Assembly: GCF_964355755.1 (NCBI RefSeq)
Contig: NC_092672.1
Coordinates: 2,542,001-2,606,000, forward strand
Origin: Antedon mediterranea
Taxonomy: Eukaryota; Animalia; Echinodermata
Length of the DNA stretch: 64,000 nt
Direction: 5' to 3'
Shown here: piece after piece, positions 39,946-51,299 of the stretch
Position numbering within the stretch: the stretch's first letter is position 1
Layout: every line of letters starts with the position of its first letter
Position numbers and translations under genes: made by a program
The notes under the pieces: generated by a model
The model's database searches: none
What the model was told of the DNA's origin: nothing
What the model saw: the letters and a program-made list of their open reading frames with translations, nothing else

Positions 39946-42860
39946 CCATTTTCAAATGTTTATCCATAATTTTTACTATAATTATGTTACTAGGCCTATG
40001 CAACTAAAACTCAAAATGAGATATTGTAATTAAATAAATAAAAAAAGAATAGATAACATTATAAACATTTTTTTAATTTATTTATTTTTGTAAGTTTTTA
40101 AATTAATTTTTTGATTACTTTGTTTAACTTGGAAAGAGCTGTTTACTGATAACTGGTTAATAATATATTTTGTTTTAGTCTGTGTGTGTATTGTTACTTA
40201 ATTATAGGTCCATGCTCCAGGGATGTAGATTCCGAAATATGAAATGAATGAATAAATTAATTTTAAAATATTTGAAAAAAAAATCAATAATTTCTCTTGG
40301 TATGTATTCAATATTGTTAGTGTAATAAATAAAACTAATAAAGTTTAAATCTAAAATAAACATTTAACATACTTAATATTTCAAAATTATATTTAGAGCC
40401 AGTCAGTCAGACAGACAAACAGACAGACACAGACCGGATTTAATAATTATTATTTTCTTTGGTGATTTTTCTGTGAACGATTTGTTGCTTTCAACAAATC
40501 AGACCAGACATTCTGGAAATTTCCGTCAAAAACTAATTATTTTCTGAATTATGGTATCCAATAAATTCTGGTATAATTAAAGTGTATTGTAGATTAAACC
40601 ACTAGGGAATAGGAATTTGCATATTAATATTATCATTATCGCCAAACGCTGGGAAATAAAATATATATACGACTCAATCAATATGTTTATCACCACCAAT
40701 AATAAGTCGCATGTGCGAATTATAGATATATGATATCTATGATTTTACAGGAATTTATCTCGCTAATGGCGATTTTATGAAATTGATGAAGCTTACATAT
40801 GTGTAATCGATTCAAAGTATTTTAGCTTTTGAAATTTCAAAATTATTATAATACCATTACAATTATATTAATAGCTATAAAATATAGCGTTTTTCTATAA
40901 AAAAAAAATGCTTGAAAAAGACTTTGCTCTCAAATTACGAAAAATTTGTATGAGTAATAATAATAATAGAGTAATTGAATAAAGGTATCTTTTGTGTATA
41001 TTCAATAGCATTTTGGTTGTAAAGAAGGATATATTTACATATCAGTAATCGGAGAGTTCATGCGAACCTCCCACCATCTCAGTCTAACGTTACATCCCCG
41101 CACTAAGCAAGTTCAAACGGGGGAATACAAGGCGTGAGTGGAGTTGTTTATGTAGACCATTTTGTGTATATGTTTGTCTTGTGAACCGTACCCCTGAGGG
41201 TCCCTAATGATCATAAATTGCTGGAGGGATCACCCTCATTAAATATGGTCAAAATAAAAAAGAACAGTCGCGAACGATACCCGCTCCCACAACCCCTTGG
41301 CACATAGACACTTTCCCCTGGGCACCGGCCTAAGAGTTCTTTACATCTTACACTTAATGTTTGATGGTTCAGGCATATGGAGGGATTTTTCTTTCCTCCT
41401 TCATGGTTCAGGCTATTGCCTATTATTTGCTTGCATGTCTAGTCTTTAGGCCGGTAGGGTTTTCTAAATTGAATTTTAAATTGTTTATGCACTGTTGGCT
41501 TTTCAAACCTTGAGAGTTTTGATTGTAAAAATGAAAATGCGTAGTAATATTATATAGAGATTTAACATATGTTTATAGAACTATAAATAGTTGAATTTTA
41601 AAATTTAAAATGTTTTTGAATTGAATTACTCAAGCGTATACAAGAGTTACAAAACGCTAAAGAGAATTATTGACGTAGAAGTACCAGAAGTACAAACACT
41701 ACAAGGGAATGTAATGAATGCAATGGTGTGGTGTAAATACTGTTACAATAATAGAGGTGGCCTTAAGTTGTCATTTAAAGGCCAGGTGCGGGCAAAAAAT
41801 TTCTATTGATCATACATTCCAATAATTATCGATCTATAGTTTTCCCTATGTTTCATAATTTTTTGGATTTTATTTGTGTTACACGAGCTTGTTGAAAATA
41901 AGCACTTTCATATCAGTGGGGGGGATAGTAAATACTGTTACAATAATAGAGGTGGTCTTAAGTCACATGAGACCTTGTTTGTACTAAAAAACATTGCCAT
42001 TTAAGGGCTACAGTACTTAAAATCACTGTAATTAATGAGTCTGATCATATATCACTGTTTAGTCGGGAACAAAAGGATGAGAGAATATGATACTTAATAG
42101 TTACCCCTTCCCTCCCACGCGCGCGCGCGTAGCGTGATAAAGCACGATTCTTGATGGTAATGACTTATGATGTATATATATTTTTTTCTCTTTCGTAGGG
42201 GTCACCCACATTTATTCATTCCTTTTACAAATATATATTATATAACATATATTTATTTTTGTAAAAATGTAAAACAATAAAATTCAATATAGTAATTAAA
42301 AAGGCACTATATCTATACACGTACATAAAATCGATGGAGTAAAAGTATGCTTTAAAAACGTACATTTTATGTTTATTGCAAGTTATAGTAAAAGTACGAC
42401 TATTTATCATTTAAATATACTTTATATTAAGAAATTTATTAAAAAGTAGCTGTTTCTTTTATTATATTTTAAATCAGTACTCACAATTTGTGTGTTTCTG
42501 TTTTTCTTTTGACCTTATTTTGCATCCATTACAAATATATACACTCATACACACATTAATAGACCTATTTACATTTACGAATCAGTTTAACATAGTTATT
42601 ATAAACACATTATATGCTACTTATGATGTATTTTTGATAAGTGCCACATAACGATTCTTGTTGCTCACAGTGCTGTGGACTTAGATGTTAGATTTTTCAA
42701 CCACATGCTTCTCACTTAAGGTCCCATCATGTCAGTGCTGTACTCTTTCATCACTCTGTCAACGACAGTGGATAGGCCTACAATTGGCACAAACTTTAGT
42801 TGTGAAAAAAGCTAATTAACCAACCCTAAGCTTCTGATATATAAAGATAAAAGATAATAC

Positions 42861-43664
42861 CTACCCTTCTGCATGGGCTTCACTTGGAGGTGGACAACTC
42901 ACCCAAAACGCATCTTTCTCTGGTAAAACGAAGGTTTTGATCACCGTGAACTTATCATCCGTCTTTTCATGATCAAAAGAAATATACATTAAGTGGTCTT
43001 TGCTTCCATCAAGGGCGTTTTGCTGGTTCGGAGAGAGTGTCTGTATGGCGTCATAAAAGCCATCATCAGGTACGCAGCTAAGTTCAAGTTTAAGGTACTT
43101 AACATCTAACGATTCTGGATCGTCTGCGCACAATTCCATCGATAACTGAAACAAACAAGCTTGATATCCAAGACAGAACAAAACAGCATCACAACCTGTT
43201 CTTGAATTTGAACTTTCTTTCCTATCATTTATCAGTTTCTGAAAGATGCTTCTAGCAGCAGCACTGGTGCTTTTGGAAGAATTTGATTTAGTACCTTGTC
43301 CTCTTACAAACTTTATAGTACCATTTTGCCTAAATCTTCCATTCAAAGTGTCATGCAAATACCACCTTTTAAACTGGTTAGTCCTTTCATCTTTTCCAAG
43401 ATCGTAACTATATCCAATATTCGATATAAATGATCCTTGTGGACAAGTAAAATGCACTCTACTATGTTCCTTCCAAGCATATCTACCCGTTGGGTGATCA
43501 CCTCCAAGCACTGTGTTTAGACTGCCATACATTGCTTCGTACAGATTCTGTTTTTTGAAGTCTAAACTACTGTTAGTATTCGTGCTTAACTCCTCCTCAG
43601 TGGATATCAGTACAAAATTAACTGAGATTAGCAGATGGTAATACACTGTCCATTTTAAATCCAT
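42861..43664 (-). CDS. Secreted/membrane-targeted protein with a divergent SUEL (galactose/rhamnose-binding) lectin-like fold; possibly a first exon
   Basis: 267-aa ORF in AT-rich DNA; N-terminal hydrophobic stretch; pattern FTCPQGSFI...C...CLGYQAC...CADDP...KYLKLELSC resembles SUEL; GG/GTAGGT donor overlaps the stop. Confidence 0.6.
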   Translation of the reverse strand: MDLKWTVYYHLLISVNFVLISTEEELSTNTNSSLDFKKQNLYEAMYGSLNTVLGGDHPTGRYAWKEHSRVHFTCPQGSFISNIGYSYDLGKDERTNQFKRWYLHDTLNGRFRQNGTIKFVRGQGTKSNSSKSTSAAARSIFQKLINDRKESSNSRTGCDAVLFCLGYQACLFQLSMELCADDPESLDVKYLKLELSCVPDDGFYDAIQTLSPNQQNALDGSKDHLMYISFDHEKTDDKFTVIKTFVLPEKDAFWVSCPPPSEAHAEG

Positions 43665-44724
43665 TTCGTGGTTGTACTTTCACCATAGAGATATATAGAG
43701 CTTTATGATGTCACCCTGCCCCGTTGTGTAACACTATAACCTCACTACACAAACGTTTGATCCAAAGTGTTTCTCTCTCGTTTTAATTCTCCCAGTTCAC
43801 TGCGCACTAACAACAGACTAAGACCAGCACACAATCATGTTCTATAATACCTTTTATCCGAAAGTCACTCATAATGAAAAGCTTTGTCCTGCCATACTTT
43901 GCCGCCTATGATTACTATTCTCACTAATAAAATAGTGTTTAAGCGTTTTTATTGACCTTTGTGTCATGTGATAAGTCATGCTAATTCTATAGAGTTTGGT
44001 TGGCCACTCATCATTAGCATTCAAACTCAAACTTTGTGTCAATGTTAGTCTGTAATGTATTTTTTGTTCCATGCGGCGCGCCATACTTCCTTTTTATATG
44101 GGTATCCAATCACATTTCATACATACGTATATTGTTGTATTTTGACTGTTGTAGTATATTTATATATTCAAATGTTTAATATGTTCCTATATAATATTTA
44201 TAATAATAATCATTCTATTCAAATTATTTTTTTACAATTTACTTACAAACTATTGGCGGCGTATGTCATTCCCACTCGCGATTTTTTTCCACGCTGTCAT
44301 CCTTTACAGAGAATCCTAACAGACCTGACAAACCAGGTCTGTTTATATTCTCTATACAGGGTTCCATATTGATGACAGCGTAGAAAGGAGATAAGGGTAC
44401 CCTGGCTTAAGAGGTTGAGAAAAAAAAATCGTGAGCGGGAATGACATTACGCCGCCAACAGTTGACTTTTCAATTTTATTCAAAACATTTCATTCAAAAC
44501 ATTCAATTCAAAACATTCAATTCAAACATGCAATTCAAAACATTTCATTCAAAACAATTTGTTCAAAACCTTTTATTCAAAACATTTCATTCAAAACATT
44601 CAATTCATCGTTTCATTCAAACCTTCACTCATATATCGCGCCATAATTCATATCGATGCATTTCATTCACATATCGCGCCATAAAATTCATATCATCGAA
44701 ATGTTGCGTAAACGGCGTTCCATA

Positions 44725-45095
44725 CACTTGAGCACACTGCACAGTGTATTAATATACGAAAAGATATTGAAACTTAAGCGACTTAAAATTAGGTCCACTT
44801 GAGCACAGTGTATTAACACGAAGATATTGAAACTTTAATGACTTTAATTTATTTCTATTTATATCACTGTGCTCCACTGGCGCCAAATTGGGTCCACTTG
44901 AGCACAGTGTATTAAAATACTAAAGGATGTTAAAATGTAGTGTCTTTATTTTTATTTTATATCACTGTGTCCACTGGCGCCAAATTGTCCACTTAAGCAC
45001 AGTGTATTAACATACGAAACGATATTAAAAGTAGTGACTTATTTTTATTTTAAATCACTGTGCTACCCTGGTGCTAAATTGGGTCCACTTGAGCA
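44725..45095. repeat. Degenerate ~100-bp tandem repeat
   Basis: GTCCACTTGAGCACAGTGTATTAA recurs at ~44793, 44892, 44987, 45083. Confidence 0.75.
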
Positions 45096-45775
45096 GTTAC
45101 CGTAGTACTATTTCTATTATTGAAGTTAATAAAGGCATAAATGGTGCTCCGTAGAGAAGTAGAGAATGCTCAGTCGTCAGCAGAATGACGCTCTGAATAA
45201 TACCAGTGATTTGTAAAAGCCGAAGCTCACTGGATATACACAATTTTTAGGAAATAACACTCAATAGGTGGCGCTCGATTACTAAAATGTCTCCCTCTAC
45301 AGACTGCAAAACTTTTATCTTAAAGATATCTTTGCTTTTATTCGGTTTTTTGTTAAGCATGGCGTATCGCAGACGAGAAAAATTTAACTTCACTTGTTTT
45401 CACAGGTAAATTGAAAAGCTGAAATCTAACAACGGTTTAACCATTATTTTGTTGATGTACAATATCATACCTTAAGCAACAAATACTAGGCTATTTCTAT
45501 AATTACTTTGGCCAGCCAGCCTGTCAGCGCACAACATTTCAACAACAACCTCACAAGTCAGCAGAGAACGAGGGAGATCGAGGCAGGCAGCCCAGCCCAG
45601 CCAATCAGGGGACAGGGCCGAGGGCATACTAACTAGTAGTAGCCTAGTCTTAGACATAGTAGTGTAGTAGGTCTGCCTAGCTAATAGCCTTCTGTAGTAC
45701 TGTAGTGCACTGGTGGAGGTCTAGTAAAAGTAGGCCCACCTTCATGTTAGCTACATAAAGATAGAAGAATGCAGT

Positions 45776-46039
45776 TGTTGTGAAAGGGGTCTCACGCTTG
45801 AATATCCTGTCCAGTTTGCTCATTTTCATGTAAATCAGCTGGTTGAAATGCAGGGTTGACCCCACCAGGATAGGCTGGTTATTAGTTTCTTAGGAGAAAC
45901 GGACACAACCGGAATTGACCAAGATATTTGGATTTACTGCTTACGGATACTTGTGTGATTTAGGACAAGCGGGACTGTTAAGGTAAGCCTAGTAGCTTTC
46001 ATTACCAGGCCATTCCAGCACCGACCTAAAATCACAACA
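45776..46039 (+). repeat. 5' LTR (264 bp, lacks the internal segment)
   Basis: 45776-45891 matches 50879-50994; 45892-46039 matches 53417-53565. Confidence 0.92.
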
Positions 46040-46040
46040 T

Positions 46041-46054
46041 TGGCGCTGCGAGCA
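46041..46054 (+). promoter_or_regulatory. Primer-binding site, tRNA-Ser-like
   Basis: TGGCGCTGCGAGCA one base after the LTR; complementary to a ...UGCUCGCAGCG-CCA tRNA 3' end, which resembles eukaryotic tRNA-Ser. Confidence 0.8.
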
Positions 46055-46173
46055 AAAGCTCGGAAATCTTTTTTTTTGGTGGGGAGGCGGGTGCCTTGAT
46101 TGCCAGCTGGCATTCTTAACGTGATCGGGTTGATTGCGAGGTATTTCGTCCTCTGCTGAAATTATTAACTTAT

Positions 46174-46964
46174 CGCTGTGGCTAAAGATACGGTACCGTA
46201 TTCTAACTTCTGTTTACTAAAGATACGGTAAAATTGCATTACGTCATAACCAGCCAATGGGGTGCTGGTACTTGTGTGACGTCATCGTATAAGGACTTTG
46301 TGGATTTTTTTTCATATCGCGAAAACAGTGTAGTGATCAACCGCATTTTCTTTATGCTTTATTTATCGCTATTATCGCCGTCGTGTGTGACAAAAACTAA
46401 ATGTAGCCTACGTCTGTTATTATTATTGAAAAGCCATGTTGATTTTAATTCTAAAATACAGAAAACCGTTTTAAAAGAGGCCCAGGCCTACTTACTACGT
46501 ACTATGGTATAACCTCATTATATGAGTTTGTTTGTGTAGGGAAAGCGGATGCCAGGCTGCATGGCCAGCTAGCTGCATATGTGTGCGCTGATTTCTGTGA
46601 CTCGTCAGCCCTGGGGCTACACTGCTGTCTAAATCATAGTATTTAAGGGCCCCTTTATTGTCCGAATTTGCTTGTTGTTTATGGTCACCATTGTAAACAA
46701 AGTTTTTAAAAAATAGAGGCCTAAATAGGCCATTTGGAATCAAAATAAAACCCTCATCTGCAGGGCACACACATCCACGCAGCCTGGCGCCGCCGATAGG
46801 AATTCTCTACAACAGACGCGATATGAACAAAAAATCCCCAAGTCCTTATACGATGACGTCACACACGTACCAGCACCCCATTGGCTGATTATGACGTAAT
46901 CCAATTTTACCGTACCTTTAGTAAACAGAAGTTAGAATACGGTACCGTATCTTTAGCCACGGCG
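46174..46964. mobile_element. Mutator-like (MULE) non-autonomous element nested in the LTR element leader
   Basis: ~148-bp TIRs (CGCTGTGGCTAAAGATACGGTACCG.../...CGGTACCGTATCTTTAGCCACGGCG) and 9-bp TSD TTAACTTAT (46165-46173, 46965-46973). Confidence 0.9.
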
Positions 46965-48069
46965 TTAACTTATTGTACTTACGGTGCATTTGTTAGTTTA
47001 TTGAAGTTGGTATATTTATTGAAGGTATAACATACCGGTAAAGTTAATCACGCAGTATTGTGGCATTTGGATACTTGCTGATTAGCGTATCGACGGGGTA
47101 GTCGATGCGTACCGGGAGTTGTATTTATTTTGCTATAGTTGAAGTATTAGTGGACAGTTTATTACTATTAGGCCGTATCACCTGGTAGGGTACTAGGCGT
47201 GGCCGTTGAACTGAGTGGCACTGCTAATTTTTAACCTTGATTGTTTTTTATTGATAACATCTTTTTCGTCCGTCAGTCAGGTTTTTCATCTTGAGAAATT
47301 ATATTGGCTGTGCGTATTATTGTGTTAACCTCACAGTGGCATTATCGCTCTCCTTTCTTTGCATCGGGGGAAGGTTTAGTGGTAAGTGTTGTTAAACTGT
47401 ATTGACGTCTTTTTGAATAATCTAGTTGTTTCTCATTGCAGGTTTGCTGGTGAAATATTTTATTATATTTGCATCTCCAACAACCATTTTGCAATATTGT
47501 GTGTGTGTTACTGCATTGACGATATTTTATTCTATTGTTGGGCCTGTAATTTTTATTACGTCTGGCGGTATTTTAATTTGTATCGTACTCTTTGCTTGAT
47601 AACATCTGTTATCTCACACTGCAGCTAGTTTTACCATACTGAAGATCGTAAAGTGTTACTACAACTTTTATTCCGTGCCAGTCTGTTTTCTTCTGGAAAG
47701 CTTGAAGACTGTTCACGTGATTTGTGACTTCAACTTCACACGCTGATTTTCACTGCCTTTCTGTGGAGGGGAGTGGTCTGGTGATCAGTGTTCGTTGAGC
47801 ATTACCAAGATCTGGATTTGAAGTATCGTCATCATTTGAATGCTGTGCAATTGGTGAATGTATCACAAATGTTTTAATAGTTTTATGCCCATTTTGATAT
47901 TCCAGGCATTGGTATTTTATGGCATTTTACATTTCTAGTTTATACACAGTATTCATCTTAAACCGGACAATTACCAGTGGCACAACATACCTTTAGATAC
48001 ATTTTAATGAAAGTCTTTGACCTCTGGCAATACTTTTATACTTTTTAAGTGTATCGTATGTTTTAAAGG

Positions 48070-49239
48070 ATGCCTCATGTTGCAATAAATTTCTGGACAG
48101 AGCCAGATCTTGTCCATCTACTAGGAAAGAGAGCTAGGAAAATTACTGATTGGAGGTCCAGATTTGGAAATATTAGAGCCTGTGACTTAGAATATTTAAC
48201 TGGAATCAAGTGCTCGTTATCCAAAACGACTCGCTGGGATTTCGCACCGAATCCTCAATTAGTGAGTAGTTGGGTTCAGAACACTAGCAATCCTCAGCTG
48301 TTCCATGCAGCACAAGTTCCATTTGGAACTTATTCTGGTGATTTACCTGGTGGTAGTTTCTCATGGAGACACACCAGTACCAACCAACCTAGTTCTGACC
48401 ACAGAGAAAAGACAGATTCAGGTTGTAGGAATACTCACTATAGGTATGCAACCAAAGCAGAATGTCGACCAATATCTGAACTGTTAGCTTTAGACTCTAG
48501 TCTTAATGTACGGGGTCACCATTGCACTAAAGGTAGTAAAACCTCAAAAACTAGATCTGTGTCTAAGCTTTGTAGATTACTGACAGAGGATTGTTTCAGT
48601 GACTCTTCTAGTAGCTCTAGTCTTATGGACTCCAGCTCTAGTAATGATGAGAGTTGTACAAGTGACGAAGATAGTGATCAGGATAGGGCTTATGGTAAAT
48701 ATTCTACGAGTGTTCAATCTAGAAGACGACACTCGCATAGGCATTCCCAACGATCACAAAAACTATTGAGACAAAAAGACATTCCCAAGTCTCTAACTTT
48801 TAATGGCTGGGATGATGACTGGTATCCTGTTAAGAAACGGTTCAGATCTTTCGCAAAGGCGCAGAACCTTACCACCGGGGATAGTAAAAATGCCCTTTTT
48901 TGGTGTATGGAGGGACCTGCGGCGAAGTTCTTAACCAATCTTTTAAGGATGGAGCCAACATTAGACTTCAAAGAGGTGATGGATGTCCTCAGTGTACGTT
49001 TCGGAGACGGTGAGCGGTCTCTGAAACAGGAACGACGCGAAACTATAGAAAAATGGGGACGTAGAGTCATGACGGTAACCGAGAGAGCCTGTAGTGATCT
49101 ACCTAGATCTAGAGTGCAAAAGCTACAGGTGGAATGGTTCTGCACTGGGTGTCACGACAAGGAAGCTGGTGAGTATGTTTCACGGAAACATTGTGCTACT
49201 ATCACAGAGAGCATGGGAGAAAAGTCAGAAATGACTTAA
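48070..49239 (+). CDS. gag: Gag-like protein with N-terminal HhH/ComEA-like segment, Ser/Asp-rich linker and capsid-like domain
   Basis: TFNGWDDDW..F..F...L..CMEGPAAKF...L..RFG..KQERRETIEKWGRRV...FCTGCHD fits the retrotransposon capsid pattern; N-terminus AINFWTEPDL..LLGKRARKITDWRSRFGNI resembles HhH. Confidence 0.75.
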   Translation: MPHVAINFWTEPDLVHLLGKRARKITDWRSRFGNIRACDLEYLTGIKCSLSKTTRWDFAPNPQLVSSWVQNTSNPQLFHAAQVPFGTYSGDLPGGSFSWRHTSTNQPSSDHREKTDSGCRNTHYRYATKAECRPISELLALDSSLNVRGHHCTKGSKTSKTRSVSKLCRLLTEDCFSDSSSSSSLMDSSSSNDESCTSDEDSDQDRAYGKYSTSVQSRRRHSHRHSQRSQKLLRQKDIPKSLTFNGWDDDWYPVKKRFRSFAKAQNLTTGDSKNALFWCMEGPAAKFLTNLLRMEPTLDFKEVMDVLSVRFGDGERSLKQERRETIEKWGRRVMTVTERACSDLPRSRVQKLQVEWFCTGCHDKEAGEYVSRKHCATITESMGEKSEMT

Positions 49240-50471
49240 TGCCCCGTACTAGGTCTATGACTTATACTCTCTGTAGCTCAACCCATCATCACATATCATC
49301 ACACGAAGATGAAGCCGAAAACCATTATCAAGCTTCTGAAATCTGGAGTAGGCCGAAAGCGGAGTCATCAATTGGAGAAGAGGACGTGCCCAATGGGAGA
49401 TCTCTTACCATGATGAAGGCTGCAGGGCGGCAAGGTAAAAACAGACTTCCTGGCACATCCGATGAACTCCAACTTTTGCCATCTTACTCTTCACCAACAT
49501 CGGACATGCTTCCTGTAGCAGACCCATGTATTACCATGGAACAACTAGAGACCACAAAACGAGGGTGCATTTTACCCACTGGTGAAATGCCTAACCTTGT
49601 CACACCAACAAGTGAATTGACAAGAAAGAAGAAAAGTCAAGAATCGGTGTCAAAATCTGCCCGTGCTAATCTGGATTTCCCAGTGGTTGACTCATGGTCG
49701 GCTAGCATTTCGGGTCAGGAAAAGACACATACAGCACACACCACAGCTCTTGACTTCACAGTGGTTGAATCATGTTTAGCCACCCTTGTTGAAGACCTAG
49801 AAGAGAGGATTAAGGTACCAGTGCCTGATTTCCCAGTGGTTAATACAGGGGAGAAGCCAGGCAAAACTAAACCCGATGGTACCAAAGAACCACGTAGACG
49901 ACGGCAACTACCCACCATTCCGGTAGAGTGGCCTGAACCAACATGGAGTCCACAAACTCCAGAACAAAACAGACGATGGCCGCAACTACCTACCAATCTG
50001 GTAGATAAGCCTGAACTACCTCGACGAAGACGGAGATTACCTACCGTTCCGAAAGAAAGACAAACTGTGGTATCCGCTCTTTCTGTTGCTGATATCCGAT
50101 CTGCCAGTATTGGAGTCTGTAACACTCCAGTGACTTCGGTCACAACTGGATCTGATCGGACTAGTTGTAAACAGGCTGCGAAAGATGTGGGGTCGACTAC
50201 AGTGGAGGTTACTACCGTATCGACAGACCAACCCCAGGTTAGAATGGTAACTGAAGTACCCTCTGAACACAAGGTAAGTATGCTTTGTCTTTCTGGTACA
50301 GAGTTTACGGTGACATCTTCCTTTCCTATCAGAAAGCAAGCCCGTAGCTCTCAACGGTTACATTCTTGGCTACTCACCCCGACTAGACCTGGGGTTCTAC
50401 ACAGCAGGGCTGAGAGAGTAGACCCCAAGCTAGCTGGGACGATTCCGTGGGATCCAGGAGGTGAAACTTAA
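49239..50471 (+). CDS. ORF2 of the LTR element: low-complexity Pro/Thr/Ser-rich protein ending WDPGGET; unknown function
   Basis: ~410-aa open frame; ATG overlaps gag stop (TAATG); repeated RRRQLPTxP; no protease/RT motifs. Confidence 0.55.
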   Translation: MPRTRSMTYTLCSSTHHHISSHEDEAENHYQASEIWSRPKAESSIGEEDVPNGRSLTMMKAAGRQGKNRLPGTSDELQLLPSYSSPTSDMLPVADPCITMEQLETTKRGCILPTGEMPNLVTPTSELTRKKKSQESVSKSARANLDFPVVDSWSASISGQEKTHTAHTTALDFTVVESCLATLVEDLEERIKVPVPDFPVVNTGEKPGKTKPDGTKEPRRRRQLPTIPVEWPEPTWSPQTPEQNRRWPQLPTNLVDKPELPRRRRRLPTVPKERQTVVSALSVADIRSASIGVCNTPVTSVTTGSDRTSCKQAAKDVGSTTVEVTTVSTDQPQVRMVTEVPSEHKVSMLCLSGTEFTVTSSFPIRKQARSSQRLHSWLLTPTRPGVLHSRAERVDPKLAGTIPWDPGGET

Positions 50472-50865
50472 TGGATGCTGTCACTTCTGACTGCGCTTTC
50501 TGAGTGTAGTCTACAAGAATCTTGACGGAATCAAACTGGAATTGTGCCCATGACGACGGAGCAGTTGAGTTGACTCGTTTCTACTGGAAACCTCAACTTA
50601 ACTCACATCAATATCAACCTGCCAAATGGTTGCATTACTTTTGCTCGTGGCAATGTGATGTACATTTGTTGAACTCAGGTTGATCTTGGAAGTTGCTGCG
50701 GATGGTAAGTATAGTGATGCAGGAGCTGATATCTGTACATCAGTATGCCTCCTGAGCTTCACACTTACCATGATGATGTAGAAGAAGACGTACAATACCC
50801 ACATTTCAGGGAGTTTCCCCGGTATATTCAAGCTAGTGTGAGAAAGGTGGAATGCTTCCCTTTTA

Positions 50866-50876
50866 GAATGGGGAGG
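50866..50876 (+). promoter_or_regulatory. Polypurine tract
   Basis: AGAATGGGGAGG just upstream of the 3' LTR start. Confidence 0.7.
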
Positions 50877-51005
50877 TGTGTTGTGAAAGGGGTCTCACGC
50901 TTGAATATCCTGTCCAGTTTGCTCATTTGCATGTAAATCAGCTGGTTGAAATGCAGGGTTGACCCCACCAGGATAGGCTGGTTATTTAGTTCTTGTTTTT
51001 TTCAG

Positions 51006-51266
51006 GTGCAGCTGAGAAATAAGACGGTGGTTTTAAATCATGACAAGCTGGCCGATTTTAATTTACCTCCTCTTTCTTCACCTACAGATCCGGATGCAGG
51101 ACCGTTGTATTGTCTATGTCGCCAGCCCTGGGCCGGCTTGTTTATGATACAATGTGACTATTGCAAGGTGTGGTACCACGGTGCATGTGTGAATATTGCA
51201 CTATCTGAGGCCTGGGACATTGACTTATATCGATGTGCGGACTGCAAGTCCTCAGTTAACAATTAA
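51006..51266 (+). CDS. PHD finger exon/ORF inside the LTR
   Basis: LYCLCRQP...MIQCDYCKVWYHGACV...YRCADC (C4HC3); preceded by acceptor TTGTTTTTTTCAG. Confidence 0.85.
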   Translation: MQLRNKTVVLNHDKLADFNLPPLSSPTDPDAGPLYCLCRQPWAGLFMIQCDYCKVWYHGACVNIALSEAWDIDLYRCADCKSSVNN

Positions 51267-51299
51267 GTACTCACGTTTACCTTCTCTTCTTCCTCAGAT

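Noticed and set aside
39782-40003. LASP-repeat protein
   Set aside because: Translation of a 12-bp tandem repeat
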